NCBI GenBank assembly: GCA_965248575.1
Contig: CBDFJQ010000002.1
Span: 3,520,001 to 3,584,000, forward strand
DNA: 64,000 nucleotides
Direction: 5' to 3'
Origin: Planctomycetota bacterium
GTDB lineage: Bacteria > Planctomycetota > B15-G4
Shown piece by piece: positions 61,638 to 64,000 of this stretch (the stretch's first letter is position 1; each line of letters starts with the position of its first letter). A program made the position numbers and the translations under genes. The notes beneath the pieces are model-generated. The model was given only the letters and a program-made list of their open reading frames with translations, made no database searches and was not told the DNA's origin.

Positions 61638-62990
61638 TCAGGGCATGACGACCCAAGTTTCCTCGGGTGGATTGAGGCGGCCAAAGGCACTGGAAACGGT
61701 CGTGAGAGCCGATACCTCCCGAATCTCGAGGGTGACTTGCTTGGACATCCCCGTGGAGCCGAGCAAAACCGACTCGGTGATCGAGCTGGGGCGAGACACT
61801 CCCGGGGTCACTTCCAAGGTGCCGCCGAAGTCCCTCCGCAGATAGGGCAAGCCGTTGATCAGGCGTTCCATGCGGACGGGTGCACCGCCGTTCACGAGAT
61901 CCAGAAGCAAGGTCTGTTGGGTGGCGCCGGTGCTCCTGGAAACCTGCCGGTCCGGGCCCCCTAGATCCGCCGACTGCCAGTCGGGGCTAGCATGAACGGA
62001 GAGGGCGAAGGGGTCGTTGAGCCATGACATCAGCAGTCTGGCCCAAGACGCACAGCTGGTGAGCGCTCTCTCGAAGTCGGCGGAGTCGTTGAGCCAGGCC
62101 GTCGCTTCCTGGGCTCCCTCTGGCATGACGGTCAGGGTCGAACCGTCGTAGCCGGACTGGAGTTCAAGAATGCACGGCCTCCCGTCGGGACCTACCCCGG
62201 GCCACACGCTTCTGACTTCAAAGCGTCCATCAGAACTGAGAACGCCCTCGAGATTGATGCGCCTCGAACTCCCTGCGGAAACCCAATCGGTCTGGACGGA
62301 TGCCCTGATGCTGACAGCGTTGAGACTGCCATGGGATCCGTACACGAGCTGAAGGTCTGGGTTCAGGGGTAGGGCGACGGGAGCGCTGCTCTCCGGCCAC
62401 GGGTCATGGGGGCTGGCCGCTGCCTGCAAAGACGTTAGAGCGTCGTCGAGCGGGCCTTGCCAGTGAAGTCCGCTCTTTCCTGCGCTGATGCTCCAGGTGC
62501 CGTTGGGAACGGGGGCTTGGCTCAACGGGTCTGGGCATCGTTCTGTCTTTGCGGACCAGTCGAATGTCGATGAGGCAACGGGAGGCTCTGTGCATCCTAG
62601 GGCCGCGATGGCTTCCGGGAGGGAACTGAAGTCGAGGTCGGCAGGGATCGTGGGGCAGTTGGGGGCAGCCGAATACACATTGACGGGGACCATGAACCCC
62701 TGCGGGACGCAATCGACGTCCTCGGCTTCACCGCCACACCCGTAGACGGTGCCCATGTATTGGCTGTACCCCGACTTGCAGGTGCCCGGAGTCTCGATAG
62801 AGATCTGCTGAGCGAGAATATTGACCGTCACGGCGACGACGGGGCAGGAATGCTCCACAGGGTTGTAGGTCCCGCCCATGAATTCGACTTCTCTGTCCGT
62901 ATTGTTGCAGCCCCCAGAAACTTGTCCGAGAACTGCGTCGTTGTTGGCAAGGACGCACAAGACGATGCACACGAGCGATCGCGTCAACAT
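61638..62990 (-). CDS. Secreted protein: Cys-rich N-terminal domain plus beta-rich (LolA-like?) C-terminal domain
   Basis: Purine-rich SD before ATG 62990, signal peptide, 8 Cys in the first ~130 mature residues, atypical codon usage. Confidence 0.65.
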   Translation of the reverse strand: MLTRSLVCIVLCVLANNDAVLGQVSGGCNNTDREVEFMGGTYNPVEHSCPVVAVTVNILAQQISIETPGTCKSGYSQYMGTVYGCGGEAEDVDCVPQGFMVPVNVYSAAPNCPTIPADLDFSSLPEAIAALGCTEPPVASSTFDWSAKTERCPDPLSQAPVPNGTWSISAGKSGLHWQGPLDDALTSLQAAASPHDPWPESSAPVALPLNPDLQLVYGSHGSLNAVSIRASVQTDWVSAGSSRRINLEGVLSSDGRFEVRSVWPGVGPDGRPCILELQSGYDGSTLTVMPEGAQEATAWLNDSADFERALTSCASWARLLMSWLNDPFALSVHASPDWQSADLGGPDRQVSRSTGATQQTLLLDLVNGGAPVRMERLINGLPYLRRDFGGTLEVTPGVSRPSSITESVLLGSTGMSKQVTLEIREVSALTTVSSAFGRLNPPEETWVVMP

Positions 62991-63063
62991 GGTTTCTTCC
63001 CCCACAGGACCGACTCGCCTCCACCCATTGCAGCTTTTTGCGAGTTGAAGGAGGAGGCTATCG

Positions 63064-63077
63064 CCCCCCCCCCCCCC
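63064..63077. repeat. C14 (G14 on the minus strand) homopolymer tract
   Basis: Directly visible; the longest homopolymer I noticed in the window. Confidence 0.9.
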
Positions 63078-63233
63078 ACGGCCGCAATGGAAACTCCTTG
63101 GAAGGCCTCTTCGTAGGTGCTTGTGCGAACGGGTCGCTGGGAGTGCGGCGCCGATTTCCCAAGCCACGACTAGAAAGATCACGTGAATGACTCGGAGACA
63201 GCATCAATCGAGGAATGTGATTCCCGAAGCTTA

Positions 63234-63986
63234 TTAAACCCGCTTGGCCATCCGCCGCAACCACAACCCGCACAGGCTGATCGCGCCGCTGTTGCCGCCC
63301 AGCTTCGGGCGGCTCATGTCGTGTGCGGTGAACGGCACCGGCACTTCCACCACCTTGAGGCCTGCGGTCTTGGCCGCCGCCAAGGCCTCTGCCTTGATGC
63401 GGTGGTCGGGGGACTTCAGGCGCCGGGCGATCTTGCGCAAGGCGTCCATGCGAAAGCCGCGGAAGCCGCTCTCGATATCTGAGATGCCGGCGCCGCTCGC
63501 GAGGCGTGCGAAGCCCTGGCTGCGTCGGGCGCTGTTGTCGTCACCGCCCTCGCTGCTGCTGCGGGCACCCACCACCACGTCGGCACCCGCCTGCAGCGCC
63601 GCGATGAGCTTGGGGATCTGCAGGATGTCGTCGGTGCGATTGGCGGCGCATTCGAGCACGAACTCGTAGTTGTTCTCGCTCTCGGCGGCCCACTTGTAGG
63701 ACTCGCGTAGGGCGAAGCCGCGGCCCTTGTAGCGGCCGGGGCGACGCAACAGGTAGATGCGCTCGTCGTCCGCGGCCCAGGTGCCAGCCCGGGACCAGGT
63801 CTTGTCCAGGGAGTCATCGTCGGACACGAGCACGTGCAGATCAATGTCGTTCAGGTCCTGGAAGCGCTCCATGACCCAGTCGATGTTGTGGCGCTCCTCC
63901 TTGGTCGGGACGATCAGCAGCGTGAGGGGATGTTGCCCGCGCTCACCCGTGGGCAGTCGCTTGGGCGGGATCGCTTCGTCACTCAC
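63234..63986 (-). CDS. GT2 glycosyltransferase-like protein (polyprenol-phosphate mannose synthase-like), degenerate motifs
   Basis: IVPTKEE..NI, DDDSLDKT, ADVVVGAR, DIESGFRGFR, VVEVPVPF; the DxD motif is replaced by CAAN. Confidence 0.75.
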   Translation of the reverse strand: MSDEAIPPKRLPTGERGQHPLTLLIVPTKEERHNIDWVMERFQDLNDIDLHVLVSDDDSLDKTWSRAGTWAADDERIYLLRRPGRYKGRGFALRESYKWAAESENNYEFVLECAANRTDDILQIPKLIAALQAGADVVVGARSSSEGGDDNSARRSQGFARLASGAGISDIESGFRGFRMDALRKIARRLKSPDHRIKAEALAAAKTAGLKVVEVPVPFTAHDMSRPKLGGNSGAISLCGLWLRRMAKRV

Positions 63987-64000
63987 AGTGGGAGCTCGGT

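Overview
High-GC bacterial chromosome segment. The gene content suggests the PVC superphylum, probably an uncultured Planctomycetota lineage (inference from the gyrA QRDR type, mcsA-mcsB-clpC without ctsR, kdsB-pyrG-DUF1844, and YdjY- and PEGA-type proteins). About 53 CDS and two tRNA-Ser genes. No rRNA, CRISPR array, integrase or transposase is visible. The housekeeping backbone is gyrA, ribBA, carB, nnrD, murD, mcsA-mcsB-clpC, metG, gcdH-like, mscK-like, pyrG, kdsB, anmK and mtnP. It also carries an ECF sigma/anti-sigma unit followed by PilM/GspL-like genes, a PAS histidine kinase with two receiver proteins, and a LolD/LolA/LolE-like ABC unit. Most interesting points: (i) three compositionally atypical accessory cassettes (about 31.1-33.9, 39.1-40.9 and 61.6-63.2 kb) encode secreted Cys-rich proteins with a partner gene or domain; two end in C-x-C-stop, one has an HExxH motif, and one has a G14 tract between -35/-10-like boxes (candidate phase-variable promoter); (ii) a cytidylyltransferase + TagF-like phosphotransferase + sulfotransferase surface-polymer locus; (iii) a probable CTG start codon coupled to the metG stop; (iv) a candidate structured intergenic RNA. 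All calls are by-eye motif recognition; no database searches were run.
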